Assembly (NCBI GenBank): GCA_037442985.1
Contig: JBBIPI010000001.1
Coordinates: 1-42,808, forward strand
Origin: Clostridiales bacterium
Lineage (GTDB): Bacteria > Bacillota > Sulfobacillia > DYIH01 > JBBIPI01
Reading direction: 5' to 3'
Length of the DNA stretch: 42,808 bases
Part shown: positions 19,929 through 28,774 of the stretch, one piece after another
Numbering within the stretch: position 1 is the first letter of the stretch
Layout of the letters: each line of letters begins with the position of its first letter
Made by a program: the position numbers and the translations under genes
The notes under the pieces: generated by a model
Seen by the model: only the letters and a program-made list of their open reading frames with translations
Database searches by the model: none
What the model was told of the DNA's origin: nothing

Positions 19929-19949
19929 CCCCAGCCGGTCCGGCTGGGG
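19929..19949. repeat. perfect 21-nt palindrome (9-bp stem, 3-nt loop) in the 5' leader of the nuoF-like gene
   Basis: CCCCAGCCGG-T-CCGGCTGGGG ends 26 nt upstream of the ATG at 19976. No U-tract. Function unknown. Confidence 0.6.
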
Positions 19950-19975
19950 GCACGAGTCAAACAGGGGACGGAGAG

Positions 19976-21247
19976 ATGACCGTGTCCAAGGCCAACTCTT
20001 TGATCCTTCTGGCTGACCTGGACGATCCCGAAGCGGCGAGGAGGCCGCTGGAGACCGCGGCCGAAGCGCTGCGGACCAGGTCTCCGGCCGAGCTGGTGAA
20101 CGACGTGCTGGCTTCGGGGTTGCGCGGTCGGGGCGGCGCGGGCTTCCCGACAGGGATCAAGTGGCAGGGCGTCGCCGGCGCGGAGGCGGAGCAGAAGTTC
20201 CTGGTGGTGAATGGTGCGGAAGGGGAGCCGGGCAGCTACAAGGACCGGTTCCTCATGAAGCGCCTGCCCCACCGGGTGGTGGCCGGCTCCATCCTGGCCA
20301 CCTATGCCGTCGGGGCCACGAAGGGATACATTTATATTCATCACGAGGCGGACGACTGCCGGGCCGCCATCGAGGGGGCGATCGAGGACGCCCGCGCGCT
20401 GGGGCTCCTGGGGGAGAACGTGCTGGGCACGGGTTTCTCCCTCGACCTGCAGACCCATCCGGCCGGCATCGGGTACGTGGCCGGCGAGGAGACGGCGGTG
20501 ATCCGGGTGCTGGAGGGTGGGGTGGCCAAGCCCAAACCCAAGCCTCCGTACCCGACGGTGCGGGGTCTGTGGGGCTTCCCCACCCTGGTCAACAACGTGG
20601 AGACCATCGCCAACGTGGAGCCCATCGTCCGCAACGGCCCCCAGTGGTACCGCCAGTTCGGCACCTCGGACACCCCGGGCACCATCCTGGTGACCCTCCA
20701 CGGGGTCAAGAAGCCCGGCGTCTACGAGGTGGAGGCGGGTACGCCCCTCAGCGCCGTCATAAACGAATATGGGGGGGGTCCCCGCGGGCGGATCCTGGCC
20801 GTGCTGCCGGGTGGCTATGCCTCCGGCTTCCTCAGCCCCGAGGAGTTGGACGTGCCCCTGGAGCACGCGTCCCTCCGGGCGCGCGGGTCGGCCCTCGGCT
20901 CGGCCACCATCCACGTGTTCGACGAGAGCCAGTGCATCGTCGAGGTGACCCGCAAGGTGCTGCGCTTCTTCGCCGTCGAGACCTGCGGGCAGTGCTTCCC
21001 CTGCCGGAAGGGCACGCGCGACCTCTACCAGCTCCTGGACGAGGCCGAGAGCGGGTCGGCGCGGGAGGACTGGGATGGAGCCGTGGACGGCATCCTGCAG
21101 CTGACGGGACGGAAGACCATCTGCGGCCTGGACAAGGCCAGCTCTCTCGTCTTTAAGAGCGCCTACCAGCGGTTCGCGTCGGAGTTCCGGGATCACCTGA
21201 GCAGCAACGCCTGCCGGGTCTGCAGCTCCGGGGCGGGCGGTCAGTGA
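19976..21247 (+). CDS. NuoF-like NAD(H)-binding FMN/4Fe-4S flavoprotein (respiratory complex I 51-kDa subunit family), stand-alone
   Basis: GLRGRGGAGFPTGIKWQ, NGAEGEPGSYKDRFLM, an SLBB-like segment, and a C-terminal N3-type cluster (ETCGQCFPCRKGT...GRKTICGL). ATG at 19976 is preceded by GGACGGAGAG. No NuoE- or NuoG-like sequence lies adjacent. Confidence 0.85.
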   Translation: MTVSKANSLILLADLDDPEAARRPLETAAEALRTRSPAELVNDVLASGLRGRGGAGFPTGIKWQGVAGAEAEQKFLVVNGAEGEPGSYKDRFLMKRLPHRVVAGSILATYAVGATKGYIYIHHEADDCRAAIEGAIEDARALGLLGENVLGTGFSLDLQTHPAGIGYVAGEETAVIRVLEGGVAKPKPKPPYPTVRGLWGFPTLVNNVETIANVEPIVRNGPQWYRQFGTSDTPGTILVTLHGVKKPGVYEVEAGTPLSAVINEYGGGPRGRILAVLPGGYASGFLSPEELDVPLEHASLRARGSALGSATIHVFDESQCIVEVTRKVLRFFAVETCGQCFPCRKGTRDLYQLLDEAESGSAREDWDGAVDGILQLTGRKTICGLDKASSLVFKSAYQRFASEFRDHLSSNACRVCSSGAGGQ

Positions 21248-21924
21248 GCGGGTTCAAGATCGCCCCTTCCATCCTCTCGGCCGACTTCAGCAGGCTGGGC
21301 GAGCACGTCCGCCAGGCCGAGGCCGGAGGAGCGGAGCTGCTCCACGTGGATGTGATGGACGGCCACTTCGTCCCCAACATCACCATCGGCCCGCTGGTGG
21401 TCGAGGCGGTCAGGCGGGTGACCTCCCTGCCCCTCGATGTCCACCTCATGATCGAGCAGCCGGAGAGGTACGTGGAGGCGTTCGCGGCGGCGGGGGCCGA
21501 CTACATCACGGTACACGCCGAGGCGACGGTGCACCTCGACCGGCTGCTGGCCCAGATCCGCGGCTTGGGCAAGAGGGCGGGGGTGGCCCTCAACCCGGCC
21601 ACGCCCCCGAACGTGGTGGACTACGTCCTCGACAAGGTGGATCTGATCCTCTGCATGACGGTCAACCCCGGGTTCGGGGGGCAGCGCTTCATCCCGGCCG
21701 TGCTGCCGAAGATCCGCCATTTCGCCGAGGCCCGGCGCGGCGGCCTGTGGCGCGGCGAACTGGAAGTGGACGGAGGGGTGAACGCCGACACCGCGCCGCT
21801 GGTGGTCGAGGCCGGGGCGGACGTGCTGGTAGCCGGCTCGGCCGTCTTCGGCGAGGCCGACGTGGCCGGGGCCATCGCCCGCATCCGGCAGTCGGCGGCG
21901 CGCGCCGCGGCCCGGCCCCTTTGA
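21244..21924 (+). CDS. rpe: ribulose-phosphate 3-epimerase
   Basis: KIAPSILSADFSRLGEHV...LHVDVMDGHFVPNITIGP...DVHLM...MTVNPGFGGQRF...VDGG. The GTG start overlaps the stop of the nuoF-like gene (GTGA). Confidence 0.95.
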   Translation: MSGFKIAPSILSADFSRLGEHVRQAEAGGAELLHVDVMDGHFVPNITIGPLVVEAVRRVTSLPLDVHLMIEQPERYVEAFAAAGADYITVHAEATVHLDRLLAQIRGLGKRAGVALNPATPPNVVDYVLDKVDLILCMTVNPGFGGQRFIPAVLPKIRHFAEARRGGLWRGELEVDGGVNADTAPLVVEAGADVLVAGSAVFGEADVAGAIARIRQSAARAAARPL

Positions 21925-21948
21925 ATCCCGCGGCGACCGCCTTATAAT
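21921..21948 (+). promoter_or_regulatory. sigA-type promoter (TTGAAT-16-TATAAT) for the nuo operon
   Basis: TTGAAT at 21921-21926 overlaps the rpe stop. A 16-nt spacer precedes a perfect TATAAT at 21943-21948, about 60 nt upstream of the nuoA ATG. Confidence 0.55.
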
Positions 21949-22008
21949 TTCTCTCAATGTACGAAATCCGAAGGGTGCGGTCGGCGCTCCGGTCAAGGGG
22001 GGCGAACG

Positions 22009-22365
22009 ATGGACCAGTACGTGGACGTGCTCGTCTTCTTCCTGGCCGGCTTTTCCTTCCCCCTCCTCAACGTCCTCATCTCGAAGCTCCTGCGCCGGGA
22101 CCTGCCGTATGCCGACAAGCGGACCACCTACGAGAGCGGCATGCCCCCCTACGGGGACGCGCGGGTGAAGTTCCACGTCAGCTACTACCTCTTCGCGTTG
22201 CTGTTCGTCATCTTCGACGTCGAGACGGTGTTCCTGTACCCGTGGGCGGTCGTCTTCCGGGACATCGACCGCGCCTTCGCCTTCTGGGAGATGTTCGTGT
22301 TCGTCGCCATCCTGGTGGTCGGCCTGGCGTACGCCTGGAGGAAGAGGGTGCTCCGGTGGGTGTAG
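22009..22365 (+). CDS. nuoA: NADH-quinone oxidoreductase subunit A
   Basis: 118 aa with three hydrophobic helices and [51 protein letters not shown]. Confidence 0.93.
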   Translation: MDQYVDVLVFFLAGFSFPLLNVLISKLLRRDLPYADKRTTYESGMPPYGDARVKFHVSYYLFALLFVIFDVETVFLYPWAVVFRDIDRAFAFWEMFVFVAILVVGLAYAWRKRVLRWV

Positions 22366-22961
22366 AGCGCGAGGAGCGGTTCGGGGCGCGCCTGGGCAAC
22401 GTCAAGCTGGCGCGCCGCTTCGAGGAGATCCCGCCCGAGCGGGTGGGGAGCCAGGAGGCGGAGTTCCTCCCGCCCTTCTGGCGGCATCTGCCGGGCGTGG
22501 TCACCACCACCGTCCAGAACCTGGTCAACTGGGCGCGGGCCAACTCGCTGTGGTACTACCCCATCGGCACCGCCTGCTGCGCCATCGAGGGCCTGATGGC
22601 GGCCGGCATGCCCAAGTTCGACCTGGACCGCCACGGGATGGTACCCTGGTTCTCGCCCCGGGCCTGCGACGTGATGATCGTGGCCGGGACGATCACCGAG
22701 AAGATGGCGCCCGCCATCGTGACCATCTACGAGCAGATGGCCGAGCCGCGCTGGGTCATCGCCGTCGGCGGGTGCGCCATCAATGGCGGCCCGTTCTACC
22801 AGGGGTACAACGTGGTGGACGGGGTGGACAAGCTGATCCCGGTCGACGTCTACGTACCCGGGTGCCCGCCCCGGCCGGAAGCGGTCCTGCAGGGTATCTA
22901 CCTGCTAAGAGAGAAGATCCGTGAGGCGGGCAGGAAGCGGAGGCAGGAGGGGCTCCCTTGA
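22356..22961 (+). CDS. nuoB: NADH-quinone oxidoreductase subunit B
   Basis: [16 protein letters not shown]...[10 protein letters not shown]...[11 protein letters not shown] (N2 cluster ligands). GTG at 22356 overlaps the nuoA end. The exact start is uncertain because there is no in-frame ATG. The track start at 21957 is an artefact. Confidence 0.9.
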   Translation: MGVEREERFGARLGNVKLARRFEEIPPERVGSQEAEFLPPFWRHLPGVVTTTVQNLVNWARANSLWYYPIGTACCAIEGLMAAGMPKFDLDRHGMVPWFSPRACDVMIVAGTITEKMAPAIVTIYEQMAEPRWVIAVGGCAINGGPFYQGYNVVDGVDKLIPVDVYVPGCPPRPEAVLQGIYLLREKIREAGRKRRQEGLP

Positions 22962-23437
22962 CCGCTCAGCTCGAGGACCTGAGGCGGGTGGTGCTGGAGC
23001 AGTTCCCGCAGGTGGAGGTCGACCCCGACGTCAAGTGGGGCATCGGGTTCCGCGTCCCCCGCGAGTCCCTGCTCGAGGTGGCCCGCGCCCTGCGGGACAT
23101 GCCCGGCGTCACCTGCGACTACCTGAGTAACATCACCGGGGTGGACCTGCGCGACCGGCTGCAGGTGGTGTACCACCTGATCGGTGTCTCCTCCGGGGCC
23201 AAGGTGGTGCTCAAGGTGGACCTGCCGCCGGACGACCCGGAGGTGGACAGCGTCACCCCGGTCTGGCCCGGGGCCGACTGGCACGAGCGCGAGGCCTGGG
23301 ACCTGCTCGGGATCCGCTTCCGCAACCACCCCAACCTCAAGCGCATCCTGCTCTGGGAAGGATACGAGGGGCATCCCCTGAGGAAAGACTTCGTCGACCG
23401 GCGCCCGCAGCGGGAGCGCAAGGTGCGGCAGCGCTGA
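22958..23437 (+). CDS. nuoC: NADH-quinone oxidoreductase subunit C
   Basis: 159 aa with VYHL...[27 protein letters not shown]. The TTG start overlaps the nuoB stop. Confidence 0.9.
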   Translation: MTAQLEDLRRVVLEQFPQVEVDPDVKWGIGFRVPRESLLEVARALRDMPGVTCDYLSNITGVDLRDRLQVVYHLIGVSSGAKVVLKVDLPPDDPEVDSVTPVWPGADWHEREAWDLLGIRFRNHPNLKRILLWEGYEGHPLRKDFVDRRPQRERKVRQR

Positions 23438-23459
23438 GGGCGGGAGGGGATGAGGGGAC

Positions 23460-24626
23460 GTGGCGCCTGAGGAGCAGCTGTTCATGAAGGGCGCGCTGGA
23501 GACGCGCGCGCCGCTGCCGCCCGACCTGCAGCGCGAGACCATCGACCTCAACATCGGTCCCCAGCACCCGAGCACCCACGGGGTGCTGCGGGTGATCGTC
23601 ACCCTCGAGGGCGAGACCATCGTGGACGCCCAGCCGGTGATCGGCTACCTGCACCGGAACCACGAGAAGATCTACGAGTCCATGCAGTATCCCATGATCA
23701 TTCCCATGACCGACCGCCTCGACTACCTCTCCCCCCTGACCAACGAGCTCTGCTACGTGCTGGCGGTGGAGGGCGCCCTCGGCATCGAGGTGCCCGAGCG
23801 CGCCCAGTACCTGCGCGTGATCTTCGCCGAGCTGCAGCGGGTCCTGAGCCACCAGCTCTACTTCGGCACCTTCGGGGCGGACATCGGGGCGACGACCGCC
23901 TTTGTGTACGCTTTCCGGGATCGGGAGTACGCCCTCGACCTGCTGGACCGGGCGACGGGGGCGCGCCTGCTTTACAACTACTTCCGCATCGGGGGCGTGC
24001 GCAACGACGTGCCCGACGGCTGGTTGGACGACCTGGCGGCCTACCTCGACTACCTCGAGAACCGGGGCTGGCCGCAGTACATGGACCTCCTGATGAAGAA
24101 CGAGATCTTCCGGGCGCGCATGGAGGGGGTGGGGATCCTGCCGCCCGATGTGGCCATCGCCTACGGGGCCAGCGGGCCGGTCCTCCGCGCCTCCGGCGTG
24201 CGCTGGGACCTGCGCAAGCACGACCCCTATTGCATCTACGACCGCTTCGAGTTCGACATCCCGGTGGGGGAGAAGGGCGACGGCCGCGACCGCTGCCTGG
24301 TGCGGATGTACGAGATCCGCGAGAGCATCCGCATCATCCGCCAGGCGCTGGCCCAGATCCCCGACGGGCCGGTCATGGGCAAGGTGCCCCGGGGCATCCT
24401 CAAGCTGCCCAAGGGCGACTACTACCAGCACGTGGACGCCCCGCGGGGCGAGGTGGCCTGCCACATCGTCAGCGACGGCGGCCCCCACCCGTACCGCTTC
24501 AAGTGGCGCTCGCCCGCCTTCGTCCACCTGCAGCTCCTGCCGTACCTGGTCAAGGGCCTGAAGCTGGCCGACCTCATCGTGGTCCTGGCCACCCTGGACC
24601 CGGTCTTCGGGGAGGTGGACCGCTGA
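23460..24626 (+). CDS. nuoD: NADH-quinone oxidoreductase subunit D
   Basis: 388 aa with NIGPQHPSTHGVLR, IGYLHRNHEKI and a C-terminal PVFGEVDR. Confidence 0.95.
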   Translation: MAPEEQLFMKGALETRAPLPPDLQRETIDLNIGPQHPSTHGVLRVIVTLEGETIVDAQPVIGYLHRNHEKIYESMQYPMIIPMTDRLDYLSPLTNELCYVLAVEGALGIEVPERAQYLRVIFAELQRVLSHQLYFGTFGADIGATTAFVYAFRDREYALDLLDRATGARLLYNYFRIGGVRNDVPDGWLDDLAAYLDYLENRGWPQYMDLLMKNEIFRARMEGVGILPPDVAIAYGASGPVLRASGVRWDLRKHDPYCIYDRFEFDIPVGEKGDGRDRCLVRMYEIRESIRIIRQALAQIPDGPVMGKVPRGILKLPKGDYYQHVDAPRGEVACHIVSDGGPHPYRFKWRSPAFVHLQLLPYLVKGLKLADLIVVLATLDPVFGEVDR

Positions 24627-25585
24627 TGACCCTGGTCCTGGCCGCCTTGAAGGCCTTCATCGCCGTGAACTTCGCCGCGGTGAACGCCGCGCTGCTCATC
24701 TGGGCGGAGCGGAAGATCGCCGCCCGCATCCACCGCCGGCTGGGTCCGGAGGTGATCGGCGGCCCGGGCGGCATCCTCCAGTCCATCGGCGACGGCATCA
24801 AGCTCTTCGCCAAGGAGGACGTGATGCCGGCGGCCGCCGACCGCTGGGTCTGGGCGCTGGCGCCCGCCGTCGTCTTCTTCCCGGCCATCATGGTCTACCT
24901 GGTGATCCCGGTGGGCCCGGGCATCGGCGCCCTGCGCGACCTGAACGTGGCCGTCGTCTACCTGGCAGCCGTCACCTCCTTCACCGTCCTGGGCATCTTC
25001 ATGGCCGGTTGGGGCTCCAACAACAAGTACTCGTTGCTGGGCGCCATGCGCGCTATCGCCATGATCGTGAGCTACGAGATACCCCTGGTGCTCTCCCTGC
25101 TGGGGGTGGTCATGATCGCCGGCTCCCTGAGCCTGGTGGACATCGTCCGGGCGCAGGAGAAGATGTGGTTCATCGGGCCCCAGTTCCTGGCCTTCGTGGT
25201 CTTCTTCATCTCCTCCCTCGCCGAGCTGAACCGGACCCCCTTCGACCTGGTGACGGGGGAGTCCGAGATCATCCTCGGGTACGTCACCGAGTACAGCGGC
25301 ATCCGCTGGGCGATGTTCTTCTTCGCCGAGTACGCCGGCCTGGTGGCGGCGGCGCTGCTGACGGCGACCCTGTTCCTCGGCGGTTGGCAGGGCCCCTTCG
25401 GGCTGGCCGACGGCTGGTGGTGGCTGTTCATCAAGGCCTACCTCTTGGTCTTCGTCGCCATGTGGATCCGCTGGACCCTGCCGCGGCTGCGCATCGACCA
25501 GGTCCTGGACCTGGGGTGGAAGTTCCTGCTGCCCCTGAGCCTCCTCAACCTGGTGCTCACGGCCGCCTGGATGGCGGTCCGGTGA
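24626..25585 (+). CDS. nuoH: NADH-quinone oxidoreductase subunit H
   Basis: WAERKIAARIHRRLGP...GILQSIGDGIKLFAKED...NRTPFDL...ESEI..GY.TEYSG. The ATG shares a base with the nuoD stop (TGATG). Confidence 0.95.
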   Translation: MTLVLAALKAFIAVNFAAVNAALLIWAERKIAARIHRRLGPEVIGGPGGILQSIGDGIKLFAKEDVMPAAADRWVWALAPAVVFFPAIMVYLVIPVGPGIGALRDLNVAVVYLAAVTSFTVLGIFMAGWGSNNKYSLLGAMRAIAMIVSYEIPLVLSLLGVVMIAGSLSLVDIVRAQEKMWFIGPQFLAFVVFFISSLAELNRTPFDLVTGESEIILGYVTEYSGIRWAMFFFAEYAGLVAAALLTATLFLGGWQGPFGLADGWWWLFIKAYLLVFVAMWIRWTLPRLRIDQVLDLGWKFLLPLSLLNLVLTAAWMAVR

Positions 25586-25591
25586 ACGGGG

Positions 25592-26080
25592 GTGAAGGAA
25601 GTGGGCCTGCTCGCCGACCTCTGGAGGACGGTCAGGAGCTTCGCGGCGGGGCACCGCATCACCTTCTCGGAGATGCTGCGCAAACCCATAACGATCCGTT
25701 ACCCGACGGAGAAGCCCCCCTACCCGAAGGGTATCCGGGGGATACCGGCCCTGAAGGTGAACCCTGAGACGGGCGACCTGAACTGCACCGCGTGCGGCCT
25801 CTGCGCCCGGGCGTGTCCGGTGAACGTGATCACCGTGGAACCGGTCGTCGGGCCCGACGGCAAGAGGAAGCAGTACCCCGCCGTCTACCAGCTCGACTAC
25901 ACCCGCTGTCTGGTCTGCAACGTGTGCGTCGAGGCCTGCCCCTTCGACTCCCTGGAGATGTCGGACTACACGGAGCTCGCCCAATACGACAGCGCCGACC
26001 TGGTCTTCAACCGGGATCAGCTGGCCGAGATCTGGAAGCGGTCGCACGCCGTGCGCATCGCCGGGGGTGAGAAGATTTGA
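25592..26080 (+). CDS. nuoI: NADH-quinone oxidoreductase subunit I
   Basis: 162 aa with two 4Fe-4S motifs (CTACGLCARACP; CLVCNVCVEACP). Confidence 0.93.
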   Translation: MKEVGLLADLWRTVRSFAAGHRITFSEMLRKPITIRYPTEKPPYPKGIRGIPALKVNPETGDLNCTACGLCARACPVNVITVEPVVGPDGKRKQYPAVYQLDYTRCLVCNVCVEACPFDSLEMSDYTELAQYDSADLVFNRDQLAEIWKRSHAVRIAGGEKI

Positions 26081-26595
26081 ACTGGCCGCTGGTGGCCTTC
26101 TTCTTCCTGGCCGGGGTGACGCTCTACTCCGCCTACCGGGTGGTGGTCGACGAGACGATCACCCACGCCGCCCTCTACCTGGCCATCGCCTTCGTCGGCG
26201 TGGCGGGTTTCTACGCCCTGCTGGGCGCCGACTTCCTGGCCTTCGTGCAGGTGCTGGTCTACGCCGGGGCGGTGATGACCGTGCTCCTGTTCACCATCAT
26301 GCTCTCGGATATCAGGGAGGTCCGGGGGCTGAAGCTGCCGCTCTTCAGGCGGCTGACCTCCCCCCGCTGGGGGGCTGTCCCGGCGGCGCTGGCCGCCGGC
26401 CTGGCCGCCCTCCTGTTGGCCGCCTTCGCCGGCTCGGCCCTCCTGGCGGGGCCGGAGGGGCGCCCGGTGGGCCTGGGGGAGCTGGCGCGCGCCCTGCTGA
26501 CCACCTACCTGGTGCCGTTCGAGGTCGCCTCGGTGCTCCTCCTGGCGGCCATGGTGGGCGCCATCGTCCTGAGCAAGGGGGAGGGGGAGCGGTGA
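26077..26595 (+). CDS. nuoJ: NADH-quinone oxidoreductase subunit J
   Basis: 172 aa, hydrophobic, with FLAFVQVLVYAGAVMTVLLFTIML. The TTG start overlaps the nuoI stop. Confidence 0.88.
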   Translation: MNWPLVAFFFLAGVTLYSAYRVVVDETITHAALYLAIAFVGVAGFYALLGADFLAFVQVLVYAGAVMTVLLFTIMLSDIREVRGLKLPLFRRLTSPRWGAVPAALAAGLAALLLAAFAGSALLAGPEGRPVGLGELARALLTTYLVPFEVASVLLLAAMVGAIVLSKGEGER

Positions 26596-26918
26596 TGCCC
26601 GAGGCCGGGGTACCGGTGGGTTACTTCTTCGCCGTCAGCACGCTGCTGTTCTCCCTGGGCGTGTTCGGGGCCCTGCGCCGGACGAACCCGGTGGCGATCC
26701 TCATGAGCATCGAGCTCATGCTCAACGCGGTCAACATCAACTTCGTCGCCTTCTCGCGCCACCTGGGGGCGGCGGACCCGGTGAGGGGGCCGATGTTCGC
26801 CATCTTCGTCATCACCGTCGCGGCGGCGGAAGTCAGCCTGGGCCTGGCCATCGTCCTGGCCCTGCTCAGGCGGCGGCGCTCTGCCGACGTGAACGAGTTC
26901 GACGCCCTCAAGGGCTGA
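26595..26918 (+). CDS. nuoK: NADH-quinone oxidoreductase subunit K
   Basis: 107 aa with LMSIELMLNAVNINFVAFS...ITVAAAEVSLGLAIVL. The ATG shares a base with the nuoJ stop. Confidence 0.92.
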   Translation: MPEAGVPVGYFFAVSTLLFSLGVFGALRRTNPVAILMSIELMLNAVNINFVAFSRHLGAADPVRGPMFAIFVITVAAAEVSLGLAIVLALLRRRRSADVNEFDALKG

Positions 26919-26935
26919 GGGGGGCGAGCCGAGGG

Positions 26936-28774
26936 ATGCCGCAGCACGCCTGGATCATTCCCGCCCTGCCGCTGGCCTCTTACGCGCTGACCGTCTTCGT
27001 CGGGAGACGGCTGGGCGAGAGGGCGGCCTATATCGGCATCGCCGCGCTGGGTTTGGCGACCGTCCTCGCCTTCTGGACCCTGGCCGCCGTGGGCGGCGGC
27101 GCCTCCGCCGCGATGTCGGTCCCCTGGCTGCGCCTGGGGGACTGGGAGATCCGCATGGGCTTCCAGGTGGGGCGGCTCGAGGCGGCCGTGCTGGCCATGG
27201 TGACCCTGGTGAGCTGGATGATCTTCATCTTCTCCAAGGGTTACATGCACGGGGACGCGCGCTTCAACCGCTTCTACGCCCATCTAAGCCTCTTCGTCAC
27301 CGGCATGCTAACGCTGGTCATGGCGGACAACTTCCTCCTATTCTTCGTCGCCTGGGAGATCATGGGCCTGTGCTCATATCTCCTCATCGGCCACTGGTTC
27401 GAGGAGGTGGAGAACGCCCGGGCCGCCTTCAAGGCCTTCCTGGTGACGCGCCTGGGCGACGTGGGGCTGCTGTTGGGGATCTGGACCTTGGCCGCGGCCA
27501 CCGGCAGCCTCCGCTTCGCCGACATCCTCGAGAAGGTGGAGGCGGGCGAGCTCTCCGGCTCCCTGGTCACCGTCGCCGCGCTGCTCCTCTTCATGGGCGC
27601 CGTCGGGAAATCGGCCCAGGTGCCGCTGCACATCTGGCTGCCTGACGCCATGGCCGGCCCCACGCCGGTGAGCGCCCTCATCCACGCGGCCACCATGGTG
27701 GCGGCCGGCGTCTTCCTGGTCGGGCGGACGTATCCCCTCTTCGAGGCGGCACCGGCCGCCCTGGCGACGGTGGCGTACATCGGGGCCGTTACCGCCCTCG
27801 TCGCCGCCCTCATCGCCACCGTCCAGACCGACATCAAGAAGACGCTCGCCTACTCCACCATGAGCCAGCTCGGTTACATGATGCTGGCCATGGGGGTGGG
27901 GGGATTCGCCGCCGGGCTCTTCCACCTGGAGGCCCACGCCTTCTTCAAGGCGCTCCTCTTCCTGGCGGCGGGCAGCGTGATCCACGCCGTCCATACGCAG
28001 GACATGCACCGGATGGGCGGGCTGATCGGTCCCCTGCGCCTCACGGGGCTGACCTTCCTGGCAGGCGCCCTGGCGCTGGCGGGCATCCCCCCGTTCGCCG
28101 GCTTCTTCTCCAAGGACGCCGTGCTGGTCGCCGTGCACGCTTCGCCCTACCGGGCGCTCTTCTGGGTGGCGCTCTTCACCGCCTTCCTCACGGCCTACTA
28201 CATGACGCGGGCCGCGGCGCTCACCTTCTTCGGCCGGCCGCGGGAGCGCGAGGTGATCGAGCACGCCCACGAGTCGCCGCCTGTGATGACGGCGCCCCTG
28301 CTGGTGCTGGTGGTGCCGACGGCGCTCTTCGGCTTCCTGGGGCCGTGGTTCCAGGCCTTCGTGGGCGGGCACGAGGCCCACGGGGCGGAGGCGGCGCCGG
28401 TGCAGGCCCTGGCCATCGGCGCCGCCGTGGCCGGCATCCTCGTGGCGTGGGCGATCTACGGGTTCCGGGCGCTGGACCGGCGAACGGCCATCCGGCTGCT
28501 CAAACCCCTCTACGTCCTCTTCAAGGAGAAGTTCTTCTTCGATCACCTGGGCCTGGCCGTGGCGCGCCTGGGGATGTTGCTCAGCCTGGCGGTGGGGGCC
28601 TTCGACCGCCTGGTGGTCGACGGGCTGGTCAACGGCGTCGCCTGGCTGGTCCTCCTGATCGGGCGGGGGGCGCGTGCCCTGACGGCGGGGAGCGCCCAGG
28701 CCTACGCGCTGGTGATGCTGGCCGGCGTGGTCATCGGTCTCTTCATCTATCAGGTTCTGGGGAGGGTGGGGTGA
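26936..28774 (+). CDS. nuoL: NADH-quinone oxidoreductase subunit L
   Basis: 612 aa antiporter-like subunit with WEIMGLCSYLLIGHW, GKSAQVPLHIWLPDAMAGPTPVSALIHAATMV and a long C-terminal amphipathic region. Confidence 0.95.
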   Translation: MPQHAWIIPALPLASYALTVFVGRRLGERAAYIGIAALGLATVLAFWTLAAVGGGASAAMSVPWLRLGDWEIRMGFQVGRLEAAVLAMVTLVSWMIFIFSKGYMHGDARFNRFYAHLSLFVTGMLTLVMADNFLLFFVAWEIMGLCSYLLIGHWFEEVENARAAFKAFLVTRLGDVGLLLGIWTLAAATGSLRFADILEKVEAGELSGSLVTVAALLLFMGAVGKSAQVPLHIWLPDAMAGPTPVSALIHAATMVAAGVFLVGRTYPLFEAAPAALATVAYIGAVTALVAALIATVQTDIKKTLAYSTMSQLGYMMLAMGVGGFAAGLFHLEAHAFFKALLFLAAGSVIHAVHTQDMHRMGGLIGPLRLTGLTFLAGALALAGIPPFAGFFSKDAVLVAVHASPYRALFWVALFTAFLTAYYMTRAAALTFFGRPREREVIEHAHESPPVMTAPLLVLVVPTALFGFLGPWFQAFVGGHEAHGAEAAPVQALAIGAAVAGILVAWAIYGFRALDRRTAIRLLKPLYVLFKEKFFFDHLGLAVARLGMLLSLAVGAFDRLVVDGLVNGVAWLVLLIGRGARALTAGSAQAYALVMLAGVVIGLFIYQVLGRVG

